From contig NC_057719.1 of NCBI RefSeq assembly GCF_004010195.1, forward strand, positions 61,852,987 through 61,916,986: a stretch of DNA of 64,000 nt. Direction: 5' to 3'. Shown piece after piece: positions 1 through 14,715 of the stretch. Below the pieces are notes generated by a model that saw nothing but the letters and a program-made list of their open reading frames with translations, searched no databases and had not been told where the DNA came from. The DNA is from Chiloscyllium plagiosum. Its lineage: Eukaryota. The stretch's first letter is position 1; every line of letters begins with the position of its first letter. The position numbers were made by a program, and so were the translations under genes.

Positions 1-802
1 ATCCCATGCACTTTCCGTACAGACCGTTCACTCTGCGACTACCTCGTCAGGTCCACATCCCCCAACATCCCACCCTCCCCCTGCCACCGCAGGAATTGCA
101 AAACCTACCCCCCCCACCTTCGTCCAAGGCCCCAAAGGAGCCTTCCACATCCAAAGTTTCACCTGCACTTCCACACATGCCATTTACTGTATCCGTTGCT
201 CGTCTACATCGGAGAGACAGGATGCCTACTCGCAGAGTGCTTCAGAAAACATCTCCGGGACACCCGCACCAACCAACCCCACCACCTCGTGGCCGAACAC
301 TTCAACTACCCATCCCACTCCGCTGAGGACATGCAGGTCCTGGGCCTTCTCTGTCGCCATTTCCTTACCACATGACACCTGGAGGAAGAACGCCTCATCT
401 TCTGCCATGGGACCCTCCAAACCCAAGGCATTAATGTGGATTTCACCAGTTTCCTCATTTCCCCTCCCCCCACCTTACCCCAGTTCCAACCTTCCAGCTC
501 AGCACCTTCTTCATGACCTGTCCACCTTCCTTCTCACCTACCCACGCCACTCCAACCTATCATCTTTACTCCCACCTCCATCAAGGTACTCCACCAAGGT
601 ACTCTCAGCTACCTTCCACCCCAGCTCCCCCCCCACCCCATTTATCTCTCCTCCCCCGAGGCTCCCAGCTGCATTCCTGATGAAGGGCTTTTGCCCAAAA
701 CGTCGATTTTCCTCCTCCTCGGATTTTCCCTGACTTGCTGTGCTTTTGTAGCCACCACACTCTTGACTCTAATTTCCAGCACTTACAGTACTCACTTTCG
801 CC
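1..802 (+). mobile_element. Penelope-like retroelement 3' fragment (GIY-YIG endonuclease + pLTR), family A
   Basis: Frameshifted translation gives FTCTS..IYCIRC..YIGETG..VAEHFN..LEEERLIF; degenerate hammerhead CTGATGA-A-GGGC-tttt-GCCC-aAAAC-GTC at 677-704. Confidence 0.85.
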
Positions 803-1225
803 TATATATCTCTCTAAACCCTTCCTATTCATATACCGACTCAGATGTTTTTTCGATGTTGGAATTGTACCAACCTCCACCAATTCCTCTGGCAGGCATG
901 AAAAAGTTGCTCCTTTGGTCCCTTTAAAATCTTTCCCCTCTCACCCTACACCTATGCCCTCTAGTTCTGGACTCCCCCATCCCACGGAAAATACTTTGTC
1001 TATTTACCCTTATGATTTTATAAACCTCTACAAGGTCACCCCTCAGCCTCTGATGCTCCAGGGAAAAAAGCCCCAGCCTGTTCAGCTTCTCCCTATAGCT
1101 TAAATCCTCCAACCCTGAAAACATCCTTGCAAATCTTTTCTGTACCCTTTCAAGTTTCACAACATCCTTCCTATAGGAGGGAGACCAGAATTGCACAATA
1201 TTTTAAAAGTGGCCTAACTCATACG
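803..1225 (-). mobile_element. CR1 LINE 3' fragment
   Basis: ORF 924-1196 QFWSPSYRKDVVKLERVQKRF...LRGDL...TRGH is the CR1 ORF2 C-terminus. Confidence 0.85.
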
Positions 1226-4200
1226 CTTCTCAACCCCAAACTCCTGCCCTCTGCCCAAAAGCCTTGATTTCCTTACTAATCAACAACCGATCTCTTTCTT
1301 AAAGACACTCAATGATTTGGCCTCCACAGCCCTCTGCAGCAACAAGTAGCACTGATCAACCACTACCTTGGTGCAGAAATTGTCCATCTAAATGGTCAAC
1401 ATCCTTTCACTCTGAGGCTGGGCCCTTGGGTCCTCGTCTCTCCTACTCATGGAAACATCTTTGCCATGTCCACTCTCTCTGGACTCTCAGTATTCTGCAA
1501 ATTCCAATCAGATCCCCTCCCTTCATCCTTCTGAACTCCAAATACAGACATAAAGTCCTCAACCATTCCTCATATGACAAATTCTTCATCCCAAGCATTA
1601 CTATTCCAAACCGCCTCTTGACTCCCTCCAAGGACATCCTTCCTTACATATGGGGACCCAAAACTGTTTACAATATTTCAATTCGGTCTGACCAGAGCCT
1701 TGCATTATGTCAGCAGCGCACCTCTCTTCTTGTATTCTAGACCTCTGGAAATGAATGCGAATATTGCTTTTGCCTTCCTGACTGCCAAGTGAATGTGCAT
1801 GTTAACCTTAACAGAATCCTGCACTAGAATTCTGCTCCCAAGTCCCTTTGTGCTTTAGATTCCCAAAGCATTCCTGTGTAGAAAGTTGTCTTCACCTTTA
1901 TTCTTTCTATCAAAGTGCATAACTTAACACTTGCCACATTGTATTCCATCTGCCACTTCTTTGCCCACTCTCCAAGCTTGTCCAAACCCTACAGCCTCCC
2001 TTCCTCTTCCACACTACTTATTCCTCCACCTATGTGTCATTTGCAAACTTCGCAACAATAGCCTCAGTTCCTTCTTCTACATTGTTAATATATAACGTGA
2101 ATAGTTGCGGTCCTAACATGGACCTCTGTGAAACTCCAGTAGTCACCAGCTGCCATCTTGAAAAAGTTGCCTTTATTTCCACTCTCTGCCTTCTGCCAAT
2201 CCTCTGTCCATGCTGGTACCTTGCTCCTAACAATTCTGGCTCTTGTCTTTTTGAGCAGTCAAAGCCTTTCTGGAAATCCAAATAGATCACTTCCACTGGC
2301 TCTCCTTTGTCTAACTAGGTAGCTACCTCCTCAAAGAAGGCAAACAGATTGGTCAGGCATGACTTCCCTTGATGAAGCCGTGCTGACCCAGCCCTATTTT
2401 ACCATGCACTTCAAGTACTCCACAATCTCATCCTTAATAATGGACTCTAAAATCTTATCAATGACCAAGGTCAGGCTAACTGACCTGTAATTGTGTGTCT
2501 TCGGCCTCCCTCTCATCTTAAAAAGGGATGGCACATTTGCCATTTTCCTGTTCTCTGCGACCCTCCCTGACTCGAGTAATTCCTGAAAGATCACCATCTA
2601 TGTCTCCACAATCTCTTTAATCATCTCCTTCAGAACCATGGGTTGTAGTCCATCAGTCTAGGTGATTTATCTATTTTCAAATCTTAGCTTTCTCAGCACC
2701 TCCTTAGTCATGGCCACAACATTCACCTCTGCCCCCTGACTCTCGTGACATTCTGGTGTGCGACTGATGTCCTCTATCTTGAAAACTGATGCAAGTACCT
2801 ATGCAGTTCCTCCATTAATTGTGTTCCCCATTATTCTAGCAGTCTAATGAACACTCTTGCCTCTCCATCACCTTTCATATATGTTAAAAAAAACACTTAA
2901 ATTGTCTTTTAAATTATTAGATAGTTTCCCCTCATATTTCATTATCTTCTCCCAATTGCTTTTTTAGTTGTCCACTGTTACTTTGTAAAGGCTTCCCACT
3001 GACCTTCAACACATTGCATACTTTTTCTTTCATGCTGTCCCTAATTTCCCTTGTCAGCCACAGTTGCCTTTTTCACCAGTTAGTGTTTCCTCTTCCTTGG
3101 GATGAATTTCTCCTGCACCTCCTGAACTCCTTTCAGAAACTCCTGCCATTGCTGCACCACTGTCTTCTCTGCTAGGCTCCCCTTCTAATCAACTCTGGCC
3201 AGCTCCTCCCTCTCGTCTTTGCATTTGTATCATACCTTTACTCAATTGTAAGACTGTTACATCTGATTCCAGCTTCTCCCCCTCAAACTGCAGGATGAAT
3301 TCTCTCTCATTGTGGTCACTGCCTCAAGGTGTTCCTTCACCTTAAGTTTCCTAATCAAGTGTATCTTTTAAACATCACTAAATCCATAAATACTTGTTTC
3401 CCTCGTGAGCTTTATCACATGCTGGTCTAAAATAAATCTTGCAATCATTTCATAAATTTCTTTTCCTGGGATCCACGATCAACCTGATTTTCCCAATCCA
3501 CCTGCATATTGAATTTCCCCATGATTATTGCAATAGCGCCTTTCTTACGTGCCTTTTGTACCTCCTGATTTATTTTAAGCCTGCATCCTGACGACTGCTA
3601 AAAGACCAGTTTATAAACTCTTCTCTTTTGCAATTTCTCAGCTCTACCCACATGGATTCTACATCTTGCAATGCTGTATTCACTTCTTTCTGCCAACTTA
3701 ATTTAATTTCTTACTAACAAGGCAACACTTTTCCTATGCCCATATGCCTGTCCTTATGACAGGCTACATATCCTTGGATATTTGGCTCCCAGCTCTGATC
3801 CTCTTGTGGGCTATGTCTCTGTGATATCCACAACATTGCATCTGCCAACCTCAATCTACGCTACAATATTGTATTTTGTTTCATATACTGTGCGTATATA
3901 AGTACAACATCCTGCAGTGATCACCACTCTTCTCATAGTCATCCCCTTACCTGCTATGGCTGGTTAGATTCCTGACCTTTTTCAACTGTTCTATTACTTA
4001 TACTGGAAACTTTCATAACCACCCCAAACCCTCCTCGACATTTTTCCGTAATTTTCCATGCAACCGAAGTGAGAGAGGGTCGATCTGGGGGGGGAGCGTG
4101 AGGGGGGGGGTCGATCTGGGGGATCCACAAGCCCTAGTAATGCGATTCATCAGGACTCTGGCCCCAGCATGATTCAGGTGGAGCCTGTCCTATCGGAACA

Positions 4201-4620
4201 GCTCTTTCTACCCCTCCCTCACTCTTAAAGGTCTCCTTGTATCAAGGAGACATGGTCAATTTGCCCTTTAGCATTCACTCTGGTCCACACAGGGAGCATG
4301 AATCTCAAACCTGATAGAAAAGCCCAAGGACTGAGGTTCTTCCAGCAATATCACCTGGATTCCATTACCTGCTGTGCTGGTAGTTACACCCTCCTGTCTC
4401 TGACCACTGACTGAATTCAATCTAAGGGGTGTGACTACCTCCTAAAACAAAGCATCCAAGGAACCCTCCTCCTCCTTGATAGGTCACAATGTTCGAAGTT
4501 TAGACTCCAGCTTCTCAACTGGAGTCAGAACCTGTCGAGCAACCAGCACTTGCGACAGGAGTGGTCACTATGTATCACAATTGGGTCCACCACTTCCTAT
4601 ATTATACAGGTATATGATCC
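1226..4620 (-). mobile_element. Long degenerate CR1 LINE (RT, endonuclease and ORF1 remnants)
   Basis: ORF pieces VIYLDFQKGFD, GVSQRSMLGPQLF, KFAND and NYRSVSLT; boundaries approximate. Confidence 0.75.
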
Positions 4621-5430
4621 TGAATCACTATTTTTAAATAAAATCCACATTTCAAAAACAGATTGTTTAGTCTAAATGATCTATGCTGGTAATTATATTC
4701 TGTACATTCTTCCTGAATAGATTTGTTTGGACCAATGTCACAGACCATTTCCAAAGCTAAACTCTTCCTCCCCAAAATCTGGTTTCTATCTTTGCCAGTC
4801 CAATAGTAAGTAATTTGGAATTAGTCAAATGGGCAAACAAAGAAGCTTCTTCAATCAATTTTAGCTTAGTGACTACATTATATTCCCTCATTTTATCTTC
4901 CTTGATAACTTCAAAATTGATCTATAAAATATAGGATGGGAGTAAACTACAGTATAGTACAGAAGATACAAGTTAAATGATCTTTGTTCAAATTAAAAAA
5001 ACAGTTGCAGTGACTCCTCAAAATTATATCCAGAGGTGGTACCAGACAGACAGCAACATTTCAAACTACATGCTATTGACTCTCAATGGATTGTCTCTGG
5101 CATCAGAAAGACTGCTCAATTTTGATAAGACTGATTGAGAAATACTTTATTGATAAAAAGTTAAAACTGGGGAAAAATGAATAAGTCACAATACTCCAAA
5201 ACAACTGCTAAAGGTCTACATTAACATAATAATGAAAATGTTTTTATCAGAATGAAAATAAATTTGGCTTCCCCTTTGCCATATCTTATGGTTGTTCTTG
5301 ATTTGAACATCAAAACAGTCTAGCCTATTGATTTTTAAAATCCTGTACGTAGTTACAAAACAATGTCAATACATGATACAGTGAGAATAAAAGGCTTCAT
5401 TTTGTTATTTAGAAACACTGGTACTGTTAC

Positions 5431-5508
5431 CTTGATCAAACTGCCTTTGAATGTTATCTTGATCAGTCCTGTTTCCACTTACACGATACAGTCCTTCTGT
5501 GTTTAAAC
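5431..5508 (-). CDS. ARHGAP5: ARHGAP5 coding exon containing the catalytic arginine finger (GLNTEGLYRVSGNRTDQDNIQRQFDQ)
   Basis: Translated by hand (not in the ORF track). ttttgtttttAG| acceptor and CAAG|GTAAC donor; 78 nt, phase 1-1, joins in frame to the previous exon; EGLYRVSG motif. Confidence 0.95.
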
Positions 5509-7929
5509 CTAAAAACAAAAGACTTCATTACCAATTTATACAAATAAAGAGTTGAAAAAAAAATGAAGCTATTGTCAAATGTTTCAGATTGAATGAAAAA
5601 ACTACTCAAAACAGAAGGGGAGGTCGGGAGAAACTGTTTCAATTGGATGAGGCAATGGTAGTAAGGCATGCCATGTAATGAAATCCCCAGGAATATGTCC
5701 AGATCCATCAATCCTGGTGCTGCAAATAAACATTACTGCAAAAGATGGTCACGTAGTCAATTATGACCAACAGTTGTAAGCATGAACTCAGTTGAAGACT
5801 TAAGAATAAGGCAACAGACAAAGGGGTCTAATGACACATTGATAATGTCACTACCTCTGGGCCAGGGGATCCATGTTCAAATCTGAACATCTTAAGAAGT
5901 GTGTCATGACAAGTTAGAATAGGTTGATTGAAAATGTCTAGGACAATGGGCGTGATTATCACCTCCTTGGAGATGATAACCCGTCCTTTCAGAAGGACAA
6001 ATAATTGGGTAGGTTGACCTCAGTGAGATACTTGTCCATTTTTTGTCACCTTCACAATTAACCACTGGAAGAGGCTGCCCATAGATGACCTTCTCAACCC
6101 TCCACCAATTAGGGCCCTTAAATGGTGAATTAACAGTAAATTAAGGGCTTCAATATCCCACCTGCCTGATCACTTGCCTTTCCAGACAGCAAAAACAAAA
6201 GGCTGGTTCTGAGTAACCTAGCTTCTTATTTGGGGGTCAGAAAATGCATGACAGCTCCATTTGTGTCAATCTGGGGAATAGATGTGGGGTAAGGCTGGGG
6301 AATTCTACTGATTCTTCTTTCCACCCCCTTCGCAACCAATTCTAACCCTGCAAACTTAGAAAAAAACACTTATCTTCTCAATGCTTAAGCCCCCAAAACC
6401 TGTGCTGCCAGAGGCAACATCTAAGGCCTAGATGCTGTGGCCTATGATGAGCTTGCCGAGAAACTCACCAGTCAATTCTAAATAGCTGAATGGGACTTAA
6501 TCCAGAAATCATTCTCCCTGATGACGGGAGGGGAGACAGTCACTAGTAAAGATGCACACTCCCACGCTTACTGCATTCAGTATTAAATTTTGGCCACTCT
6601 ACTTTGGATAATAAGTGTTCATCTGCTTCACTTCCTGCAAATAAATTTAGGCAAGCAACAGCTGAACCACAGTGATTGTGAAGGACTAGTGTGTATCCCC
6701 CAGCATGTGCCAAGTTAGCTGATGGCAGCCAATACAAAAGATAGGAATAATGCGGTTAGCCTCCAATACTTGGAAGAATGCATCGCGCCCCCACCCCCTC
6801 AAGTCTAGAATTTCATCACTAAATTTCTTCCTCTCACCTCTTTCAACAAACATTTGCTTACCAGTCATTATATTAACAATTTACATTGGGAACAAGAAAC
6901 TCAATATCAAGTGTTGTAAAATCAAACTTCTAGTAGTGCGACCAGCGAGGAGGAATTCAATATGATAGAAGCAGCACTATAAAACAAAGTGGCAAATAAT
7001 TTTTAACAAATTTGAGATAACACATTTGAACAGGAAAATATAAACATAATCTACACCCAGGAACAGAAAAAAGTGAATATATAAAGGAGCAAAGATTTTG
7101 AGATTTATAGATGAGCAAATCTTTAAAAACATCTTCACAATTCAACATAGTAATTAAAATATTTAAATTCTGGCATTATTTCAAAGGGACAGATTTCACA
7201 AGTAGTAAATTTACTTTACATTTGAATAGGAATCTGGTTAGAATGCACTTAAGGGTATTCCATAAATAGAATGCAGACACGAAGGAAAAACAACAAAGAG
7301 GATGGTACTACAATTGACGGATTTCAGCTCTCAAAAGCTGAATGGATTTATGTTTGTTTCAAGGATGGAAAATTCAGAAATTTAAATCTTTAAATCTATA
7401 GCTAGGATTGACAGAGCTGATATGCAATAAATGTTGCCAGTTGTGGGGGAATCTAAAATTAGGAACTGCAAATATGTCTTACCAGTAAAAGAAGAAAAGT
7501 TAATTAACTAAGACTGATCACTGTCAAAATTGCGACAAGTGATTGAGGCAAATAGACTGGATGAGTTCAAGTGGAAACTGGATGAATTTATGATCATAGA
7601 TCAGGTCACCAACTTTATCTTTTGAACTTCGATGAGATTACCAAATTATGTTAAGGCCTTAGAGACCAGTAACTTTTACTTATACAATAAACCAAAAGGT
7701 GAGAGCCAGATGACGCACTGAGGAAAAAGCCACAGGGGGTGAGTTTTGTACAAAAAAAAATCCTTTACTTGTCAAGACATGTAGGATTTACAACAAGCAA
7801 AACTAATGTCATTTACAAAATACCATGCAAGAACTGTAACAAATACTACACTGGGCAGACAGACAGAAAATTAGCCACCAGGATACATGAACATCAACTA
7901 GCCACAAAATGACATGATCCTCACTCACT

Positions 7930-8282
7930 AGTATCTTAAATACAGAAAAGGAAAGACACCACTTCGACTGGGACAAGCCAAACAGAGACGTGCACGAGAA
8001 TTCCTAGAAGCATGGCATTCTAACTGGAACTCTATCAACAAAAACATTGACTTGGATCCTATTTACCATCCTGAGAAAAAGAACAGGAAACAACGTCACA
8101 AGTGGAAATGATGTCACCAAAGGAAATGACATCACCAACCAGAGGAAACCCAAACATTTAAAGAGAAAGCAGGAAACACCAGCAGTGCTTCGTCTGGAGG
8201 CTCACTGAAGACGTTACCTAGTTTGGTGACAAAATGTCTGAAAATGAACCTTCCAGCTCATCGGGCAAATCTACATCCACAT
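7930..8282 (+). mobile_element. Penelope-like element 3' fragment, family C (Poseidon-like GIY-YIG end + pLTR)
   Basis: HFDWD..QAKQRRAREFLEAWHS translation; degenerate hammerhead CTGAAGA-C-GTTACC-tagttt-GGTGAC-aAAATGTC at 8205-8238; homologous to 47810-47970. Confidence 0.75.
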
Positions 8283-9741
8283 GTAGAACTTGCGTTAATT
8301 CTGGATAAGAGATACATCATAAACATAGGTAACATACAATGGTCAAGCAACCTGCAGTGCAAGTCAAATAGTAAATGTGATCAACATAGAGCCCATGAAT
8401 TTCTAAAGGAGATCCTCTCCCCCTCCCCCCACAAAAAAACATCCATGGCACACGTTTTTAATCAAACTTCTCTACATTTCACAAGGAACTACAATTCTTC
8501 ACTTCTGTTGACTGGACTTCAACATTTCTTCTCAAGAATCACTCCATTACAAATTGCCTCACCTCTGTCCTCGCAAGTCACTCTCAAGCTTTGGGCCCAT
8601 GTCCCCAGGACTCTGAAAACTGCATTCCAGTACCCATTTTCAAGCATAACTTCAGCTCTTCACTGCCAGCCAGATTCACCTGTCCAGGATCCCCACCAAT
8701 CCTCTCCTTCTCCAAGCTCCAATCTTATTCAGTTACATCAAACAAATATTGTTTATGCTATTCTTGCTTTTGACCTCCCCCATCTCTCAGTTGCACTGAA
8801 GTATTAATACTTGCAAGCTTCTTCCAAAGTACACAGAGCTTCCCAGAATGCAGAACCAGCGATATTCCCACTTGAGCCCTGACTCCAACACTGCCTACTA
8901 ACTCTTTGTACTTCTTCCTGGGTTTATTTTAACAGCAGAGCAATCTAACTGCTTTGCCAGCAATACAGCTAACTCCACAATCCTAAAAATGGAGTCGACT
9001 TCTCTCCCCTTCAACAAAATGTGTCCTTCAAGTTCCTCAACTTCTCTTGTGAGACCCATTGAAAATCTTACAATAAGCTGCAGTTCTATTGCTGGGTAGA
9101 CTATTGCCACTTAAATCTTGAAACAGTGTGCTTATAATATTATAATTTAACAGAATACTGATTTAATCAATAGACAGAGGAACCTCCATTATCCGAATAT
9201 CAATTATCTGAATTTCGGATTATTTCAAGGGTACATAGAAACATTACATCAAAGAGCTGTTTCAACCCTGATCGCATCTTTTGTTTACAGGTACAATGAT
9301 TAACAAAAATACAGCTCACTGAAATGTACTGAGAACAGTTCTGGACTGCCCAGGCACTGGCTCTAAATGACTGACCTCCCGCCCTCTCTCTCTCCCCCCC
9401 CCACACTTTCAATGGAGTTCTACATCGGGGTGAACCCTAAACCTCCCTTTCCCAGATAATCTCTCCAACAATGTCCTGGAAAGGGCAAAAGCTTGCAGTA
9501 AAAAGAGGTGTGTGTGTGTGTGTGTGCGCTCTACTTGGAGACTAAGCCCACAAATACAACAGCAGTCTTACTGTTGGTGTTCAGTTTGGCTGCCCCGGTG
9601 GCGGGAGCTTGGACAGGGTCGGTCGGACGGGGTCAGTAGGTGGGGGTGCACGGAGGTGAGGGGCGGTGGGGCAACCAGGGTGCGGGTGGACGGTGTTGGA
9701 ACAGACGGGATTGGGGGACTGGCAGGGTGGGAGCGGACAGG

Positions 9742-10334
9742 NNNNNNNNNNNNNNNNNNNNNNNNNNNNNNNNNNNNNNNNNNNNNNNNNNNNNNNNNNN
9801 NNNNNNNNNNNNNNNNNNNNNNNNNNNNNNNNNNNNNNNNNNNNNNNNNNNNNNNNNNNNNNNNNNNNNNNNNNNNNNNNNNNNNNNNNNNNNNNNNNNN
9901 NNNNNNNNNNNNNNNNNNNNNNNNNNNNNNNNNNNNNNNNNNNNNNNNNNNNNNNNNNNNNNNNNNNNNNNNNNNNNNNNNNNNNNNNNNNNNNNNNNNN
10001 NNNNNNNNNNNNNNNNNNNNNNNNNNNNNNNNNNNNNNNNNNNNNNNNNNNNNNNNNNNNNNNNNNNNNNNNNNNNNNNNNNNNNNNNNNNNNNNNNNNN
10101 NNNNNNNNNNNNNNNNNNNNNNNNNNNNNNNNNNNNNNNNNNNNNNNNNNNNNNNNNNNNNNNNNNNNNNNNNNNNNNNNNNNNNNNNNNNNNNNNNNNN
10201 NNNNNNNNNNNNNNNNNNNNNNNNNNNNNNNNNNNNNNNNNNNNNNNNNNNNNNNNNNNNNNNNNNNNNNNNNNNNNNNNNNNNNNNNNNNNNNNNNNNN
10301 NNNNNNNNNNNNNNNNNNNNNNNNNNNNNNNNNN
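9742..10334. other. Assembly gap (593 N)
   Basis: Run of N. Confidence 1.
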
Positions 10335-10737
10335 GAGAGGAAGTCGTACGAGGCTAGGTTGAGAGTTCTCGGCCTTTTCTCGTTGGAACGGCGAAGGATG
10401 AGGGGTGACTTGATAGAGGTTTATAAGATGATCAGAGGAATAGATAGAGTAGACAGTCAGAAACTTTTTCCCCGGGCACAACCGAGTGTTACAAGGGGAC
10501 ATAAATTTAAGGTGAAGGGTGGAAGGTTATGGGGAGATGTCAGGGGTGGGTTCTTTACCCAGAGAGTGGTGGGGGCATGGAATGCGCTGCCCGTGGGAGT
10601 GGTGGAGTCGGAATCATTGGCGACCTTTAAGCGGCATTTGGATAGGTACATGGATGGGTACTTAATCTAGGTTAGAAGTTCGGCACAACATCGTGGGCCG
10701 AAGGGCCTGTTCTGTGCTGTATTGTTCTATGTTCTAT
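10335..10737 (+). mobile_element. Young CR1 LINE 3' end
   Basis: Open frame ...LFSLERRRMRGDLIEVYK...TRGH...FFTQRVVGAWNALP; 3' tail (GTTCTAT)n. Confidence 0.9.
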
Positions 10738-11839
10738 GAGAGTGGACAGTGTTGGGGCCGGGTGGGGGTGTGGACGGGGTTAGGCAGCGGGGACGGGGTG
10801 AGAGCGGACAGTGTTGGGGCCGGGTGGGTTTGGGGCGGGCGGAGGCTCGTACACAGTATTCTGCTGCTTAGTTTCCTGAACAGGGAGCGAACTTCACATG
10901 AAACCTCAAGACCCAGAGGAAATCAATTAACCGAATAATCAATTATCTGAACGAAATGGTGTCCACCCATCTCATTTGAATAATCGAGGTTCCTCTGTAT
11001 ATAGCAGCACAGATTATTTCTCTAAATTGCCTCGCCTGTACTATACATTTTATGGAATACAGAAGTTGAAATGAACAATATAAACTGCTCTGAATAGCTT
11101 GGTAATTTGCATGCGATCATGCAAAAACCTGCAATGGCACAATGACTGTTTGTGAAAGTACATTTTTTTTTAAAAAGTTAAATCTGTCTTTCTCAGACCT
11201 ATCTCAAGACATGCTGGGATGAATTTACTTCAATACTTAAATTCTATCACAAATATTTGTTTTGTTCTATTTGTTTACATGGTTAATACAAATAATACAT
11301 TTTTGCTAAAGTAACATACAACCAAGCACAGTCCTTGATGTTACCTCCAAGTAAGCATCAAATTGAGTGACTCAGCCTTGAAGATTACAATCAAGATAAT
11401 ATGACTGTATGTACCTGAATAATGAGCAAGGGTGCTGATAAAATGTTTCGTTCTGTCATAATATCTTTTCAAGTATATCTTTCATTTCAACTTTGTGTTA
11501 CAAGAAGCATATTTCTGGACATTACACATCCGAGAATTCTCTGAGAAATGAATATTCTGTAATAAGCATATTATAGACAGTTTGGAAAATTGAATTAAAA
11601 GTATTTGCTGGAACTGTCCAAATTTGCTTTGTTTATTGGACTGAACAGGGTGGTTTTGAGGACAAGGTGGAACAGACTGTGAGGGTACATAGAGCAAAAG
11701 ACAAAGGGAAGTGATAATGGTAGCAAATAAGTGAGAGACAGAATGTGTGTGTGCAAAAATGAAAAAAACAGGCTGCTGAGAGCAAAATCAACAAGACTAG
11801 GCTGAGGGAAGATAGGTGGGTGCAACAAAATTGGAGGAC

Positions 11840-12710
11840 AGACATCATACTCAAGTTGTTGAGCTGAATATTGAATTCAAGACAGTAAAGTGTTGTTCCT
11901 CCAGTTTGCATTGAATTTTGTTGGAACATTCTAGCAGGCCTAGAACACAAATGTTAACATGGAAGCAAGGGGTTTTGGGGTCATCTCAAAGGACAGAGAT
12001 GAAATGCTCCGCAAAATTGTCTTGGTTGGCACTTGGTCTCGCAAGTATTGTGAACGGTGAATGCTGTTGACGAAATTGAAAGTACAAGTAAAATGCTGCT
12101 TCATCTGGAAGGTGTGTTTGGGGCCTTGGATGGTCAGGAGGGAGGTGAATGGGCAAGTGTTCCACCTTCTGCAACTGTATGGGAAGGTACTTTGGAAGAG
12201 TAAGGAGATGTTAGGAGTGATGGAGGAATGCAGCAGGGTGTCACACAGGGAACGGTCCCCACAGAATGCCAAAAGTGAAAAGGAAGACGATGTGTTTAGT
12301 GGTGGTATCTTGTTATTGGTGGTGGAAATGGCAAAAGATGAATATGGAGGTTGGTCAGGCAGGTTAGGATGCAGAACCCTATCACTGTGCTTGGAGGGAG
12401 GGCAAAAGTGAGAGAAACATGGTTGAAGGCTCTGTCAACCAAGGGTAGGGGAATTTTCAGTTGAGGAATGAGGAGGATATATTGGAGGCACTCCAGTGAA
12501 AAGCGGCATCATCGAATGGATGTGACAGAGATGGAGAAACAGGGAGGACAGAACAGAAACCTTGCAGGAAGCAGAAGAGAAATGCAGTGGATGTAATGTA
12601 TATTGGTGGACAGCCTATATTCAGAAATGAAAACAGTGAGGTTATGGAAAGGAGGAGTTAGACATAAACCAGGCAAATGGTGAAAGATGGAAACTGGCAG
12701 AATAAAGTTT
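11840..12710 (-). mobile_element. Older Penelope-like element fragment
   Basis: IQGPKHTFQMKQHFTCT and FAEH motifs homologous to the GIY-YIG region at 1-450. Confidence 0.65.
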
Positions 12711-13496
12711 CATCTCAGATGCCAGTATTGGAGCTGCACTGGCTTGGGCATGGCAGATTCTGGAATACAAGTCTTCAATACTATGGCCAGGATTTTATCA
12801 GTGTCCATAACCTTTATAATATCCAGTGCCTTCAAATCTTTCTTAAAGTCAGGTAGAGTGAATTGAATTGGGTGAAGATTGGCATTTGGGAACCTCTGGA
12901 GGAGGCTGAAATTGATCATCCCATCAACATCTCTGGATGAAGAATACTGCCAATGTTTCAGCCTGATCTTCTGCACTGATATGCTGGGCTCTTCCATCAT
13001 GAAGGATGGATATGTGTGGAGCTGCAGTCATAGTTGGACGTGGCAGAACTGCAGAGCACTGATTGTGGAATCACTTAGTCTTGTCCATCACTTCCTACTG
13101 ATGGTGTCTGGCACATAAGTAGCCCAGTGTTACAGTTTCACTAGGTTGACAATTCATTTTTAGGTATATCTGGTGCTAGTCTTGGAACGTCATCCTGTAC
13201 TTTTAATTGAACCAGTACTGATCCTCTGATTTAATGATAATGATGGAATGGGAGATATGGCTGACCATGCAGATTGTGTTGAAGTACAATTCCACTGCTG
13301 TTGATGATCCACACCATCCACAAGACAGTTTTATGGATATCTAGTCTTGAGGCACTTGAGCCACACAACACAATGGAGGGATCCCCAATGCAGGTACAGG
13401 ACTTCACCACCACAAAATAAATTGGTGAAGATGAGATCTTCAGCTTATCGTCTGCATTGTATCCCTGGTTTTCAGGTTGGTGTCATCTTTGTTGGT

Positions 13497-13759
13497 GATT
13501 AGATTAGAATAGATTACTTACAGTGTGGAAACAGGCCTTTCAGCCCAACAAGTCCACACCGACCCTCCGAAGAGCAACCCACCCAGACCCATTCCCCTAC
13601 ATTTACCCCTTCACCTAACACTATGGGCAATTTAGCATGGCCAATTCACCTAACCTGCACATCTTTGGACTGTGGGAGGAAACCGGAGCACCCGGAGGAA
13701 ACCCACGCAGACATGGGGAGAATGTGCAAACTCCACACAGACAGTTGCCTGAGGCGGGA
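13497..13759 (-). mobile_element. Shark tRNA-derived SINE (HE1-like), 5'-truncated
   Basis: Core ...ctgcacatctttggactgtgggaggaaaccggagcacccggaggaaacccacgcagac... with (GATTA)n tail; homologous to the copies at 14716 and 51633. Confidence 0.8.
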
Positions 13760-14715
13760 TGTACTTGCACTTCCTGCTGTTACAATTTCAAGAACATGGT
13801 GCAATTTTAAGCTTGCTGAACAATTAGAAAACCCAGATTTCCTAAAATGTTTGTAAAGCTTAACTTAAAGATTCCATGTCTTGTGTATAATGTATGGACT
13901 TTCAGCAGAATGAATTGCTTCAGGTTACCAAGGTTATTGTGCAAAGAAACTGAAGTCGACTGTTAGACTTAAAATATTTGACAGTTTGATAATGGTTGAA
14001 ACATAGATGTCACTAAGCACGAATTCAGAAATTCAACTCAAGTTAAGTATTTTATGAATACTTAATTTTATAGTGGAGCAGTAAAATTGAACCAAACCTT
14101 TTTATCTTAAAAGATATTTTCTTTTGACTTGACTGTAAATTGGCAGTAGGCAATATAAAATACAATCACTTCTGTTAGAACTGGAGAAGTGCAACTTTGC
14201 TGACAAGTCAAACGAATTTTATGTAAACTCTCTGTGGCTATATTACTGAAATACTTAACATCTCCAAAAGATGGAGATTAGCATGTTTAACACACAGGAT
14301 GAGTTGTGGCTTTGAAAACCTGCCAGAAATATATAAGAAAAGAGGAGACTTATTTGACTGTGCAATCACCAAAGTTGTTGTGATCATTTCCTCAGCGATC
14401 AGTGATATGGACCAGACATGCATGCGCTCGTGCACACACATCCACGTGATTCGATGGTCCAACACATTACTGTTAAAACGCAACAAAGTACAAAGTGGCA
14501 TAACTTTAACCCTATTAAAATAATTAACAAGATAATGCATGCTTTGACTACTGAGCAACAATTATTCCAATATAGGCAGCATCCCACAAACACATCCCTT
14601 CGGCAAAAACACAATTTATCAAAACAATTCTGGTTCTCACATGCTGTCTCTTTCCAGTCTAGAGGAGAGAAACAATCTGTCCCTTTTGATTTTTAGAGCA
14701 AGTCTAAGACTTTCA

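Larger units (their letters stand above)
9175..10997. mobile_element. Tigger/pogo-like non-autonomous DNA transposon, interrupted by the gap and a CR1 insert
   Basis: TIRs CAGAGGAACCTCcATTAT (9175) and ATAATCGAGGTTCCTCTG (to 10997), followed by TA. Confidence 0.7.

Noticed and set aside
8223..8807. 194-aa ORF
   Set aside because: Starts in a PLE pLTR and runs into repeat-like DNA; no recognisable motif.
9512..10670. Long ORFs spanning 9.5-10.6 kb
   Set aside because: Artefacts of the N gap; only the CR1 part is real.
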